Assembly: GCA_024626585.2 (NCBI GenBank)
Contig: JANKJI020000004.1
Span: 127,196,336 to 127,214,961, forward strand
Direction: 5' to 3'
Source: Ginkgo biloba
Lineage: Eukaryota; Plantae; Ginkgophyta
DNA length: 18,626 bases
Part shown: in pieces, positions 1-11,709 of the stretch
Position numbering within the stretch: position 1 is the first letter of the stretch
Layout: each line of letters starts with the position of its first letter
Position numbers and translations under genes: made by a program
The notes under the pieces: generated by a model
The model's input: only the letters and a program-made list of their open reading frames with translations
What the model was told of the DNA's origin: nothing
The model's database searches: none

Positions 1-2662
1 ACTTCCCTTTAGGGTTTTCTAAGCCCGTTTGACCAACCTTGACTTCCATTTGACTGGGCTTAGAACTATGGTTTCCTGGGCTGTGACACGAGAAAATAGA
101 GAATATCACAACTCAACCACAACAATAGTGGTGGCTGCAGGAATTTCTTTTCCATTCACAAAATGTTTGAGAGCATGACAATAGATTAACTAAGTTAAGT
201 GAAAAATTGAGGAATCTCTATTAGATGAGTAGACAAGACATCAAATGCATTGTCTGCATTGGAGCATGGTTATGTAAGATTGTATCCTTGTTGTGTCTAG
301 ATGCAGATGTTGCAGCTATTTATCCTTCTTATCTAAGGATATAGCAGTGCATCCAATACCTTAATCCCCTTGGTAACAATTACAGCCCAGTGATATCACG
401 ATAATAATCATTCTTTCTACCATACTCTATGAACCAACCAAATCAAACTTATATGTGAAGGTATTAGAGCTTATGGCAGACTTAAGGACAACAAATGACA
501 TTATTTGATGAAGACAAGCGTCTAGAAGCAAAGCCCTTGTCAAGAGCTTCAAAATGAGCATTCAAAAGCTTATGAAGAGGCAGGAGAAGGCTCCACAAAG
601 AGCTAAAATTGTCAGAAAGGTTGTGAACAGACTCATTAAATAATCAAAATGCTGACAAGCCCCACTGGAAGGCTTAAATTTTGACCCTTCAGAGCCTATA
701 CTACTTTTTATGAGACAACATTTACACGTGCCAAGGTTAAGGACACATATGTTATCTTAGAAAGGAAACCCAAATGAGTAGAAAGCGGCCTAGAAGTATA
801 AACAGGGCAGAGACAGTCATTTCCATTATGACTCTATGAAGGATGATTTCAGTGACATCCTTCTCCAATAATCCTCAAAAACACGACTTTGAGGTACAAC
901 ATGTACGATGCCTTGTGGGAAAAGGTAAGTTTAACCTTAGTTGGCAATCCAAGAACACTTGAAAAGCTACAAACTCTTTGAAAGTACCTGCAGGTCAATT
1001 GGCTAAAGTGGATTGAGAGTAACTTGCAGAAAACCCCATTTTAAGTCATTGGTCGGGAAACTGCTCGAGACAACTGGAACTGGAGAAATTTGAACCAAAC
1101 AGAAGCAATGAATTTGAACTAGCACAACTTGGGTAAAATGAACTCAAATTCACCCTAGATATGTTCCATTAAATGAATCTTTGAGAGACATTTCCAACAG
1201 TATATGGTATTTGGTATTTTAAAAGCAGAACAAAGATGGAACATCAAATTCTGTAAACAAATCTGTTGTTGAGATTTTGCAAAAACTTGAAATTGCAGAG
1301 CTGAAACAAAAGTAGTACCTTTGAGGTCCAACAACTTCCGTCAAATGAACTTTGATTTACTTCAAACTCATTCCATTCAAAGTGCTTAAAAAAAAATGAT
1401 TATGTTGACAGTTGGTACTTGGTAATTGTAATCAATACTGCTGTTGGAATTCTTTGGATTTGAAGCATAAATTAAAAACTACAATGCCTAAACAAAAGAA
1501 GTAACATTGAAAGAGGATGACTTGATTTACACGAAATCTAATTTACCTCAAATTAGATGCATTGGATGCTCTTACAAAAGAGCTTTTAGGAAACTATGTA
1601 ATTCTTTATTATTGATACCTTGGGCCCCTTCAGGACCTTGGTCGCTCCTGGATTGTTTAGGGCCTCCTGATCACTGTAAGGTCGCAATCATCCACTAAGA
1701 ACCACACTTGCCACTCTTTGATGCATGTGTTTTAAAGCCCCTCTTAGTGACACTGTGGGTNNNNNNNNNNNNNNNNNNNNNNNNNNNNNNNNNNNNNNNN
1801 NNNNNNNNNNNNNNNNNNNNNNNNNNNNNNNNNNNNNNNNNNNNNNNNNNNNNNNNNNNNNNNNNNNNNNNNNNNNNNNNNNNNNNNNNNNNNNNNNNNN
1901 NNNNNNNNNNNNNNNNNNNNNNNNNNNNNNNNNNNNNNNNNNNNNNNNNNNNNNNNNNNNNNNNNNNNNNNNNNNNNNNNNNNNNNNNNNNNNNNNNNNN
2001 NNNNNNNNNNNNNNNNNNNNNNNNNNNNNNNNNNNNNNNNNNNNNNNNNNNNNNNNNNNNNNNNNNNNNNNNNNNNNNNNNNNNNNNNNNNNNNNNNNNN
2101 NNNNNNNNNNNNNNNNNNNNNNNNNNNNNNNNNNNNNNNNNNNNNNNNNNNNNNNNNNNNNNNNNNNNNNNNNNNNNNNNNNNNNNNNNNNNNNNNNNNN
2201 NNNNNNNNNNNNNNNNNNNNNNNNNNNNNNNNNNNNNNNNNNNNNNNNNNNNNNNNNNNNNNNNNNNNNNNNNNNNNNNNNNNNNNNNNNNNNNNNNNNN
2301 NNNNNNNNNNNNNNNNNNNNNNNNNNNNNNNNNNNNNNNNNNNNNNNNNNNNNNNNNNNNNNNNNNNNNNNNNNNNNNNNNNNNNNNNNNNNNNNNNNNN
2401 NNNNNNNNNNNNNNNNNNNNNNNNNNNNNNNNNNNNNNNNNNNNNNNNNNNNNNNNNNNNNNNNNNNNNNNNNNNNNNNNNNNNNNNNNNNNNNNNNNNN
2501 NNNNNNNNNNNNNNNNNNNNNNNNNNNNNNNNNNNNNNNNNNNNNNNNNNNNNNNNNNNNNNNNNNNNNNNNNNNNNNNNNNNNNNNNNNNNNNNNNNNN
2601 NNNNNNNNNNNNNNNNNNNNNNNNNNNNNNNNNNNNNNNNNNNNNNNNNNNNNNNNNNNNNN

Positions 2663-3327
2663 GATGGCATGGCTAATATGGGATATTCTCATGCAAAAAT
2701 TGTAATGTTTACTATAACAAATGGATGTAAGATCACTTCTACATTGACTAATTCATAACCAAAATTTCTACTTTTTATGCTTTAAAGCTAGGGGCAAAGT
2801 ATGGCTCCAAAATAGGAGTGTCCCAAGAAATTTGTCTAAAGATCTCTAGGAGGTAAAGCATTTTTGTCATTTCATAGTAGATCTGTCCTAGCCGGTAACA
2901 ACCAACATGTTGGCCTATGGTGTTACCAAAAACCTCAAGTAGAAAGTAGACTATCAAAATGTGCCAAATGCCAAATATAAATGTGATGAGAATGGCCATT
3001 TCATGAAAGATTTCCATTGCATGGTCAAGAAAGCACATGGTGAGGATAGACAAGCCCCAATTAATGAAGTAATATAGGTACAACCCACAACACATACAAA
3101 AAGTGAGAGAAGTGGGAGAAAGTGCACTAAAAGGACCTTGACCAAAGGTCACTATAAAGGGAAGAACATCCTTTTCTTTCAAAGCACCCACATATACTAT
3201 GACATTAAATAGGAACCAACTAGCAATGCACCACTTCCACCAAAATGTCAAGCTCTTAGAGCTTCAAGATTAAAGAAAGGGAAACCAAGTAAAGAGCCCT
3301 TCACCTATAATCAGACGAGACAACTTG
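2663..3327 (+). mobile_element. Decayed L1-type LINE ORF1 fragment (DUF4283 C-terminus + zf-CCHC_4 zinc knuckle)
   Basis: The frame starting at 2859 reads HFCHFIVDLS*PVTTNMLAYGVTKNLK*KVDYQNVPNAKYKCDENGHFMKDF. This matches the plant L1 ORF1 pattern F.R..V.VDLSKP....Q.V.YE..P..C..C...GH....C, with in-frame stops and eroded Cys residues. AWLIWDILMQK just after the gap resembles the upstream GPW motif region. Bounded by N-runs on both sides. Confidence 0.7.
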
Positions 3328-3459
3328 NNNNNNNNNNNNNNNNNNNNNNNNNNNNNNNNNNNNNNNNNNNNNNNNNNNNNNNNNNNNNNNNCTTCAAATT
3401 TTTTTATTTGTGGTGCTAGTTAAGGGCACCAAAATTCTAAAATAGTAACTTTTGTTTGC

Positions 3460-3780
3460 ACCTTCATGGATACCCATTCCCAATTCTAGAGTTTCACAAT
3501 TGACACATGTGAGAACACTAACAAAGGTTTGCAACTTCCAATTATATTTGTCAAAAAGGATTTAGAGGCACTTTGTTTTGTCTATTATATGCATATCCTA
3601 TAATCATCGCATTCCACAAGGCTACACTTCATTTGTGCATTTTCTCAAGGAGCTTCATGTCCTCAAAAACATGTCCATTTTATGCATTTCCTCTAATNNN
3701 NNNNNNNNNNNNNNNNNNNNTTAAGACATTGCACTTTATTTGAGCAATTTCTTAAAGATCCTCATGGCCTTCTCAATGTG
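3460..3780 (-). pseudogene. PLS-class pentatricopeptide repeat (PPR) gene fragment, pseudogenised
   Basis: Reverse strand reads HIEKAMRIFKKLLK*SAMS* [23 N] IRGNA*NGHVFEDMKLLEKMHK*SVALWNAMIIGYAYNRQNKVPLNPF*QI*LE, then after a frameshift TFVSVLTCVNCETLELGMGIHE. These are S-S-P-L type motifs (WNAMI.GYAQNG...EAL.LF.QM; TF.SVL.AC....LE.G..IH). Most stops are TAA/TGA where CAA/CGA is expected. Confidence 0.9.
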
Positions 3781-4354
3781 TAAGAGAATCTGAAGAGGTA
3801 ATGCATTCAAACTATAGCCTTACCTGTGTCAAGTTGGGTGTGGTATTTCAGAATGGTTAACATCTACCAAATGATGATTTTCTTTGTCAAGTTGATGTAA
3901 GGGTGGTATTTATTGAATGGATAGAATGTAAATTTCATAGTGTTTAGAATTNNNNNNNNNNNNNNNNNNNNNNNNNNNNNNNNNNNNNNNNNNNNNNNNN
4001 NNNNNNNNNNNNNNNNNNNNNNNNNNNNNNNNNNNNNNNNNNNNNNNNNNNNNNNNNATAGGTCTAATTTTCTACGCCTATGAGAAAGAAGTTGAACAAA
4101 CAAAACCTTTAATTAGATGGGAATTTTTTCCCTATGCCCTTTGTTGGGTTGATGGTTGTTGGCCATTGGCTCTATTTATTATTATTTCTACAATGACTAT
4201 GCTATGATTTTTGAAGTAACAATGATGGAATAGCGGTTTCATGATCTTTTAAACCTCGTGAGATTCATTTTCTTACTAGTTTGGGTAATTTTCGTACAAT
4301 GACAAAAGAGGGTTAGGCATAGAATATGAAAGAAATTAGAATATGATCTTGTTA

Positions 4355-4525
4355 ATGGACATCCACAAAAAAATAAGTAGAAGTGGATTTTCGCTTAATG
4401 CCTTTGTTGGGAATATCCTCGTAAAGATGTTTATAAAAGGTAGATGCATAAAGATTGCATGCAATTTATTTAACAAATTATGTCAATGAGACATGGTCTT
4501 GTTACAACACAAAGATTTCAATGAA
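4355..4525 (+). pseudogene. PLS-class PPR gene fragment (L/S motif), pseudogenised
   Basis: From 4355: MDIHKKISRSGFSLNAFVGNILVKMFIKGRCIKIACNLFNKLCQ*DMVL, then a frameshift to YNTKIS. Matches the consensus IH..I.RSGF..N.FVGNALVDMYAKCG.IE.A..LFDKM.QRDVVSWN.MI. A 100-N gap follows shortly after. Confidence 0.9.
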
Positions 4526-4889
4526 GCTTAGTAAAATATTAGNNNNNNNNNNNNNNNNNNNNNNNNNNNNNNNNNNNNNNNNNNNNNNNNNNNNNNNNNN
4601 NNNNNNNNNNNNNNNNNNNNNNNNNNNNNNNNNNNNNNNNNNCATATAGGATATTACTCTCTTCTGCTAAAATCTATTGACACCCACTACTTCAATTGTT
4701 AGGAACAAGGATAGACAAATAACTTCCTTCATTCATTTCTTGAATGAGAGTTCCAACTGGAAGCATCACATTAGGCAAACCCTAGCGGCACTTGCTTCGA
4801 ACATCTGATAGGAGTAGGAGGAGGTTCCTTAGCCAAAAGCCCCCTACTCGAAGGCAAGATACATGCCATAGACATAGTGCCATGATGCT

Positions 4890-5345
4890 ACCTGATAGAC
4901 GGATCACCAATTTTTTTCTTAGCAACCATTGCTCCCCCAGCCTTGGATGTTAGAATTGATGAGATTGGATCATCTTCTCCCCGTAGATCTACGATATAAT
5001 CATTAGTTGGTATGCCTTGTGGATGAGACATGGGCTTGCAGTGACACACACTCTTATAGCAATTGGATATCCCCATTCCCTTCTATGGGTACTCAAACAA
5101 GAATCCCTTCATTGTCTTCTATTGTACATTACGCCCCCTTCTAGGGTTTTCTCAAATTCTAATGTTGAGTGTAAGGTTGACATTTTGACATGTTTTCCTT
5201 GCACATTTTTGTTTATGACATATCATGACACCTATTTTGTAAAGGCTTTGAGAGAGGGATGGCTTAGATATGGGATTACAACTTTGGCACCCACAAATTA
5301 TCTCACACAATGTACTATATATAGTCTAATTGACTGCTTTTGGTC
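4890..5345 (-). mobile_element. Possible highly decayed Ty3/gypsy aspartic protease region
   Basis: Minus-strand fragments YIVDLRGED and, in another frame, LGEQWLLRK resemble the retropepsin C-terminal motif F.V.DL...D.ILG..WL. The catalytic DSG/DTG is not clearly recognisable. Confidence 0.3.
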
Positions 5346-5584
5346 ATTAGTGGACCTTAATACTACTTTCTTTCTTTCTAAGTGACCTCGGACCCTTAGA
5401 AGCATATGCCCAAAACTATTTACCTTGAAAAGCATGTCAAGAAGGCTACTTGGTCACAATTATCACCTATGTATCCTGATTATTATCATCACACATAGAG
5501 ATAAGGATTCAAAGAGAATAGCTTGAAGAGGTAGAGAAACTTTCTAAGAGAGAAAAAGGAAGGTAGTTAGCTTGGAATGAAGGA

Positions 5585-6396
5585 ACAAATTATGAGCAAT
5601 CTCTACAAGTCAACAAAAGGCTTATAAATTGTGGGCCAAAGTTGACTTATTAAGAACTCATTTTGAAGGTATTCATCAAAGGAACACAATCATTGCCCCA
5701 ACTCGCTACCCAAGATAGAAATTTGCATGAATCCACTTGCAACAATTCTTCCATCTTGATGTGACAACAAAACCTGCAGGGTGTTAGTCTCATTTTTNNN
5801 NNNNNNNCAACATGCAAATAATGGAATGCCAATCAACATGCCTTTACACTTATCAACCTTGTTTCTTCCTCTATTCTCCTTCCAATAATAAGATCTTTAG
5901 CTACAATTCATCCACAAACTCTTAGCGTGGTTAGAGGTCCCTCAAACCCTCATTTCATAGCAGAAGGAGGTCAATTACACCTCACTAATGCCTGAAGAAG
6001 CAAGTGGTCACCTTTATTGTGGATCTTGGTCTACCAAGATTAAGGAAGCCTCCAGATTTAGTTTATTGGCATTACTCTCCAATGCAAAAGGCATCAATCC
6101 ACTACCCTTCAACATTCAAAGCTCAACAAGGGATCATCACTTCAAGAATTTTGTGTAGAGTGGGCAAGACAAATTGATGGCAATGATTTTAAGATAGTTG
6201 TAAGTTGAAATCATGGTTGGGAATAAGCCTCAAACAAAGCTCTCTTAGTTTTGAGTCACTATCGTGTTTATCACAACATAAGTCAACATACTAGTCAATA
6301 CAACCACCAACACACTAGCACATGCCTCTATAACTCCTTTTTCTAATGCTCGATGTATTGAGTCTCTAGACAAGAATTCATTTGTAGGGGGGATTG
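5585..6396 (+). mobile_element. Decayed Ty3/gypsy (CRM-like) integrase C-terminus, chromodomain-like segment and polypurine tract
   Basis: AISTSQQKAYKLWAKVDLLRTHFEG...IAPTRYPR*KFA*IH (~5595-5740) resembles the CRM-type I..S...YK..AD..RR..F..G....PERFP.G...KLH. SLQEFCVEWARQIDGND (~6137-6187) resembles the chromodomain Q.FLV.W.G....D. PPT-like AGGGGGGA at 6386-6393 lies just before TGTAACC at 6397. Confidence 0.55.
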
Positions 6397-6648
6397 TGTA
6401 ACCATGAGGGTCATCGCCCACCTTATGTTACAAGCGGTTATTGATTAATGTTAGATGATTATTTCATGTTAATTGCAAGCAAATCAATTTGAGTTCCAAA
6501 TCATTGTTAAGAGGGAATTATTAACAAGAGAGAACATACAAGCAAGGAAAAGTACGTGAGATATGATTTGTTGACCCTATATCTCACAAAAAAGTGATGA
6601 ATAATTCCATTCTCTCATTCTTTGGCAATTTTTGCACTCCTATCTCCC
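6397..6648 (+). repeat. Start of a putative 3' LTR, truncated by the 705-N gap
   Basis: Begins TGTAACC a few bases after a PPT that follows integrase remnants. The far end is not visible. Confidence 0.45.
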
Positions 6649-7891
6649 NNNNNNNNNNNNNNNNNNNNNNNNNNNNNNNNNNNNNNNNNNNNNNNNNNNN
6701 NNNNNNNNNNNNNNNNNNNNNNNNNNNNNNNNNNNNNNNNNNNNNNNNNNNNNNNNNNNNNNNNNNNNNNNNNNNNNNNNNNNNNNNNNNNNNNNNNNNN
6801 NNNNNNNNNNNNNNNNNNNNNNNNNNNNNNNNNNNNNNNNNNNNNNNNNNNNNNNNNNNNNNNNNNNNNNNNNNNNNNNNNNNNNNNNNNNNNNNNNNNN
6901 NNNNNNNNNNNNNNNNNNNNNNNNNNNNNNNNNNNNNNNNNNNNNNNNNNNNNNNNNNNNNNNNNNNNNNNNNNNNNNNNNNNNNNNNNNNNNNNNNNNN
7001 NNNNNNNNNNNNNNNNNNNNNNNNNNNNNNNNNNNNNNNNNNNNNNNNNNNNNNNNNNNNNNNNNNNNNNNNNNNNNNNNNNNNNNNNNNNNNNNNNNNN
7101 NNNNNNNNNNNNNNNNNNNNNNNNNNNNNNNNNNNNNNNNNNNNNNNNNNNNNNNNNNNNNNNNNNNNNNNNNNNNNNNNNNNNNNNNNNNNNNNNNNNN
7201 NNNNNNNNNNNNNNNNNNNNNNNNNNNNNNNNNNNNNNNNNNNNNNNNNNNNNNNNNNNNNNNNNNNNNNNNNNNNNNNNNNNNNNNNNNNNNNNNNNNN
7301 NNNNNNNNNNNNNNNNNNNNNNNNNNNNNNNNNNNNNNNNNNNNNNNNNNNNNTTATAGATTGTCTAAAAATTCATTATGTCCCTTTTCATCTGTTGGTA
7401 GTGAGAAGCAACAAACTATGGGACCACAAATGCCAAGAGATGATGCCTAATACGTTTGGTAAATATAAATGTTGCCGTGTAGTCATCACTAGGTGGCCTA
7501 TCATCATATTATTTATAAATTAAATTTGTTTCACTATCAAAAGTAAGTAATGAGAAGCTTGGGAGGCTTGATCATATCACCATGCCCCTTGCTAAGAGCA
7601 TTTCATCGATTAACATACCATCATAGCTACCTAAAGGATGACTACCATAAGCCATTGTCCAAGCCATCAAGGAGCAATGTGCAACAACCAATATCAATAC
7701 CTAATTCTATAAGGGGTCTATCATCATTGCAATTCATGACACATTAACACCTTTGAGAACAAAACCTCTACCTTCACCATGAAAAGTATGTTGCTCCACC
7801 AACAATGTAGGCTTGATCATTCTTTCTAGTTGAATACAAACCATTACCAACAAAAGTGTGACATCCCCTTAATTCTTCTTATGGATCTAGG

Positions 7892-8586
7892 TGTAATAGC
7901 TGCACTACTTGTCACCTAGTATAAACTTGGTTTGCATAAACTCAAAACCCCAACGAGTGTTCATTGTCCTTTAAATCAACCCCTTAACCACAACAAATTA
8001 AACCCTATAGAGGGTGTAAACTTTGGTAGCACTACCCACACTTAGAGTTGTTTTGACATCTTTTTGATACACCACAGTACAATAAATAAGTGCAAATGAG
8101 TGACGCCCTCTAAAGAAATAACTTTGTCCTCCTAAAGTCTAAAATCATCCTTGAGATGCCTTCTTTATCAATTATTGGTAGCATACAATCAAATTCTAAA
8201 TCTCTAAAGCCAAAATGTTGCAAATCCTAGTCTTGACTTCTCTTTTAGAATCATTCTGGGCCTTCTAGATCCCTTCATTGTTTGGCTTGACTTAGCCAAG
8301 ACTACCCTAACTCTTGACCGCATACCTAAGGGACTTTGCCACATGCCATCTTCTCATTAAAAGCACCCCAAATTGGGCCTTTGGACCCTTGCTTGAAACA
8401 TCCCTCCTTTCATTGTCTAGAGTGACATTTGGACCACTACTTGAACTTTCCTCCTTTTAATATTCAAATTAGTCCCTAGAGACGCTACAAGTAATTGTAG
8501 AGTCCAATTATAAGCAACTTCACCAATTTCTTTAGAATGTTTCCTTCCTTATGGCAACATTTGCTTGGCTTGATTGTCCCGTAACA
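7892..8586 (-). repeat. 3' LTR of chromovirus copy A (~0.7 kb)
   Basis: On the minus strand it starts TGTTACGGGAC directly after the PPT GAGGGTGGGGAAAGA. Candidate ends are ...GCTATTACA (7892) or ...GGGATGTCACA (7857). Length is similar to LTRs B and C, but sequence similarity to them is only patchy. Confidence 0.6.
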
Positions 8587-8950
8587 TCTTTCCCCACCCT
8601 CTGGAGATCATTATCCTCGATGAAGCTTGCTTCTCGAACAATAGTTGTTGATTCCCTCTCAAACAACAATTGTTGATTCCCAAGTGGCCTCTTCAATTGG
8701 TTTATTTACCCATTTGACAATACACTCCTCTATCTCTAAATTCCAAAGTCTTCTACTTCTCTCATCAAATACCTCGATTGGACTGTGCACCTCCTATTAC
8801 ACTTTTTGCACATCAACAAATGATAACATGATGTTGCCAAGTTATGGCAATGCCTTCTTTGAGAAACATGAAATATTGGATGCATCTTAACATGGGTAGG
8901 TAATTCCAAATGGTAAGTTTCCTTAGTTAGCTTGTCTAGGATTTTGAAAG
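8587..8950 (-). mobile_element. Ty3/gypsy chromovirus copy A: integrase GPY/F module + chromodomain + PPT (decayed)
   Basis: Minus strand reads FKILDKLTKETYHLELPTHVKMHPIFHVS(frameshift)LKKALP*LGNIMLSFVDVQKV**EVHSPIEVFDERSRRLWNLEIEECIVKWVNKPIEEATWES. These are the canonical GPF..L.K....AY.LELP.....HPVFHVS.LKK and chromodomain ILD.R...LRN..I.EYLVKW...P.EEATWE motifs. Confidence 0.92.
8632..8681. repeat. 25-bp tandem duplication (2 units)
   Basis: tctcgaacaatagttgttgattccc (8632-8656) and tctcaaacaacaattgttgattccc (8657-8681) are 22/25 identical; all three differences are transitions. Confidence 0.85.
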
Positions 8951-9913
8951 NNNNNNNNNNNNNNNNNNNNNNNNNNNNNNNNNNNNNNNNNNNNNNNNNN
9001 NNNNNNNNNNNNNNNNNNNNNNNNNNNNNNNNNNNNNNNNNNNNNNNNNNNNNNNNNNNNNNNNNNNNNNNNNNNNNNNNNNNNNNNNNNNNNNNNNNNN
9101 NNNNNNNNNNNNNNNNNNNNNNNNNNNNNNNNNNNNNNNNNNNNNNNNNNNNNNNNNNNNNNNNNNNNNNNNNNNNNNNNNNNNNNNNNNNNNNNNNNNN
9201 NNNNNNNNNNNNNNNNNNNNNNNNNNNNNNNNNNNNNNNNNNNNNNNNNNNNNNNNNNNNNNNNNNNNNNNNNNNNNNNNNNNNNNNNNNNNNNNNNNNN
9301 NNNNNNNNNNNNNNNNNNNNNNNNNNNNNNNNNNNNNNNNNNNNNNNNNNNNNNNNNNNNNNNNNNNNNNNNNNNNNNNTAGTTTCCTAGCTAAAATCAT
9401 TCACATTTTTGCCAAAGTGATTTTCACAACATAAAGACAACCTGTAGTAAATAGTTGTAACTTTCTAATGGTAACTCCATTCGAAGTCAACTCCAGTGAA
9501 TTTCAAAATTGACGAAGAGATATAAAATGAATTAAGAATCTTATTCTGCACGAATTGTACATGGCAAACAACGAAAGTTGCTGCTACACTTTTAATTTAG
9601 TAAAAATGATAAATTTTTTCCTTTCTTTAAATTCTTATAATTCCTCCCTGCTTGCAAAGCAATGGTCTCCTACTACTCTCAATTGAGATTTTGGAAATGT
9701 GTTCCAATCATTCATCGTTGTATCATCAGGCTTGATGTGGATATTGTAGTTGCTTAGCTACTTTAAACATTTCTATTTCTATAGATCTAGTTAGCTTAAC
9801 TTGTTTAGCTATAATTTCATCTTCTCAAAAAGGTGATTAAAAAAAAAGGAACTAAATCCAAAGGTCATGTTGGGGCCACTTGAGAATCCTCCAACAATGG
9901 TGGTGTATAAGAC

Positions 9914-10485
9914 TTTTTTTTTTTTGTTTGTAATTTTGTAGATAAACATATTACAGAGGGAAGGATTACAAGAATCCTCAAATAGAGAAATTACATCATA
10001 GACAATAACTTAAGGGGATTACCATCCCAACCTAAAGGTGAGATAGAGAGAACAATTATTAATGAATTCTAAAGAAGCTGAGCAAAAATGAATCTAAGGC
10101 CATGCCAAAGTGATTAGCCTAAGCTTGGATTTCTTAACCTAGATTAGCATTTTTGATCCAATTCTTAACTTCTTTCCAAATACCTGCCACCATGTACTCT
10201 AGGTCCCAAATTGTTTGTTGATTATATAGAATGTTTTGAGCCTTCCAGATACAATAGATGGTTGCTTCAAAGACAGGGAACCAAAGAGTACAAGAAGCCT
10301 TATCTTGACCAAATTTGTGGATAGTCGTTAACCATGAGGCAACTAAAATGAAGTCAAGAAAGTGCCCAAGTTTATTGTGCTGTGTGTAGTGAGGCATCAG
10401 TAAACCAAAGAGCTCAAAAACTTTTAGCGAGATTCTTTACATCCCTTTGCATTCCCAGCACGTATGGACCAAATCTTCAATATCA
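9914..10485 (-). mobile_element. L1-type LINE 3' end: ORF2 zf-RVT/C-terminal region, 3' UTR and poly(A) tail
   Basis: A single minus frame reads DIEDLVHTCWECKGM*RISLKVFELFGLLMPHY...CTLWFPVFEATIYCIWKAQNILYNQQTIWDLEYMVAGIWKEVKNW (E...H.F..C and A..Y.IW..RN motifs). Stop at 10134, about 200 nt of 3' UTR, then T12 at 9914-9925 on the + strand. The 5' side is cut by a 100-N gap. Confidence 0.88.
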
Positions 10486-10585
10486 NNNNNNNNNNNNNNN
10501 NNNNNNNNNNNNNNNNNNNNNNNNNNNNNNNNNNNNNNNNNNNNNNNNNNNNNNNNNNNNNNNNNNNNNNNNNNNNNNNNNNNNN

Positions 10586-10931
10586 AGACGATTCCAAGTA
10601 TTGGAAAAAATGAATGAGGCAACCTACAAATTGCAGTTGCCATCATATGTGAAGATGCACCTAGTATTTCAAATGAGTTTTCTCATGAAAGCCTTATCTA
10701 GGCATGATATAATGTACTACCTGCATATATGGATGTACAATAAGTAGAGCAAGAGGCACATGATCCAATGGGTATATTGGATGAGAGGTCAAAAAGGCTA
10801 CGAAACAGGGATATAATTGAGTATCTCGTTGAGCGGTCAAATAAGCCAATAGAAGCGACTTGGGATTCATCATTTGTTTGCCAAGAAGTTGAGCTCATTG
10901 AGGGCAATGATATCTGCAGGGTGGGGAGGGA
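10586..10931 (+). mobile_element. Ty3/gypsy chromovirus copy B: integrase GPY/F module + chromodomain + PPT (decayed)
   Basis: RFQVLEKMNEATYKLQLPSYVKMHLVFQMSFLMKAL, then after a frameshift PMGILDERSKRLRNRDIIEYLVERSNKPIEATWDS. The PPT GGGTGGGGAGGGA ends at 10931. Confidence 0.92.
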
Positions 10932-11591
10932 TGTTACAGCTAGAAAATTCATGTGAACCTTATCTTGGTAAGTGAGAATAAAGCCAAGCTGTCTTTGGAG
11001 GCTAGTGCATGCATTTTATAGCTTTTGATGAGTGTTGCAAATAAAGTCATGAAGAGAGAGAAAATTGAGGAGAAGGGCTAGGGAGATGCTCCAAACAGGG
11101 CCGCCTCCCCTCTTGATGTAATTTTGGCCAATGAGATGCCACAAAGGTCTCCTTGAAGTATGGCATCTTTAGGGATAAGCCCAACCCTTCTGTGGTGCAT
11201 TGNNNNNNNNNNNNNNNNNNNNNNNNNNNTGCCCTGAAAAGACACTTAATATTCTCCTTTGCAGGCATTCTATTACTTCTAAAGACAAATCCACATTTTG
11301 GCTAAGACCCTCTTTCACGCAAGTCGCATTTTCTAGGCACTCTCTACATTTTACATAACTTGAGCCAAGGAATCTTTTTCTACAATGACTTCCATTATTT
11401 ATTTTCACTATCTAACTGCTCAAATTTGATCCTTAGTTGAGGGCAACCTCATTGGAGGCATTAGGATGAACTTCTGCAACATCTGGAGGCCTAGTGAAAC
11501 TCACAAAGGAGTTGTTGCATTTCTAAAGGCCCAACAACCTATTCCAGCACTAGCAGAGCACCTAAATCTCTCTTCCAAGCTAGGCGTTGCA
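10932..11591 (+). repeat. 3' LTR of chromovirus copy B (~660 bp, TG...CA)
   Basis: Starts TGTTACAGC after the PPT and ends GGCGTTGCA. Collinear with 11985-12672 along its whole length; shared blocks include ataaagtcat, acaaaggtctccttga, caatgacttccatt, tgagggcaacct and ttgcatttcta. Confidence 0.85.
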
Positions 11592-11709
11592 CTTTTTCTT
11601 ACTAAATTTNNNNNNNNNNNNNNNNNNNNNNNNNNNNNNNNNNNNNNNNNNNNNNNNNNNNNNNNNNNNNNNNNNNNNNNNNNNNNNNNNNNNNNNNNNN
11701 NNNNNNNNN

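Noticed and set aside
1-1760. LTR-like end GGGCTGTGACA (78-88), tRNA-Met PBS-like AGGTATTAGAGC (459-470) and LTR-like non-coding sequence at ~950-1760
   Set aside because: Probably retroelement-derived, but the PBS has 2 mismatches and no adjacent CA terminus, and no second copy or coding motif is present to fix boundaries.
1688-2705. ORFs of 308-334 aa in the ORF track (likewise 6594-7523 and 8932-9400)
   Set aside because: They consist almost entirely of X from N-runs and are read-through artefacts.
2775-3251. 158-aa hydrophobic minus-strand ORF that looks like a membrane protein
   Set aside because: It is the antisense of the A-rich LINE ORF1 remnant; T-rich antisense frames are hydrophobic by default.
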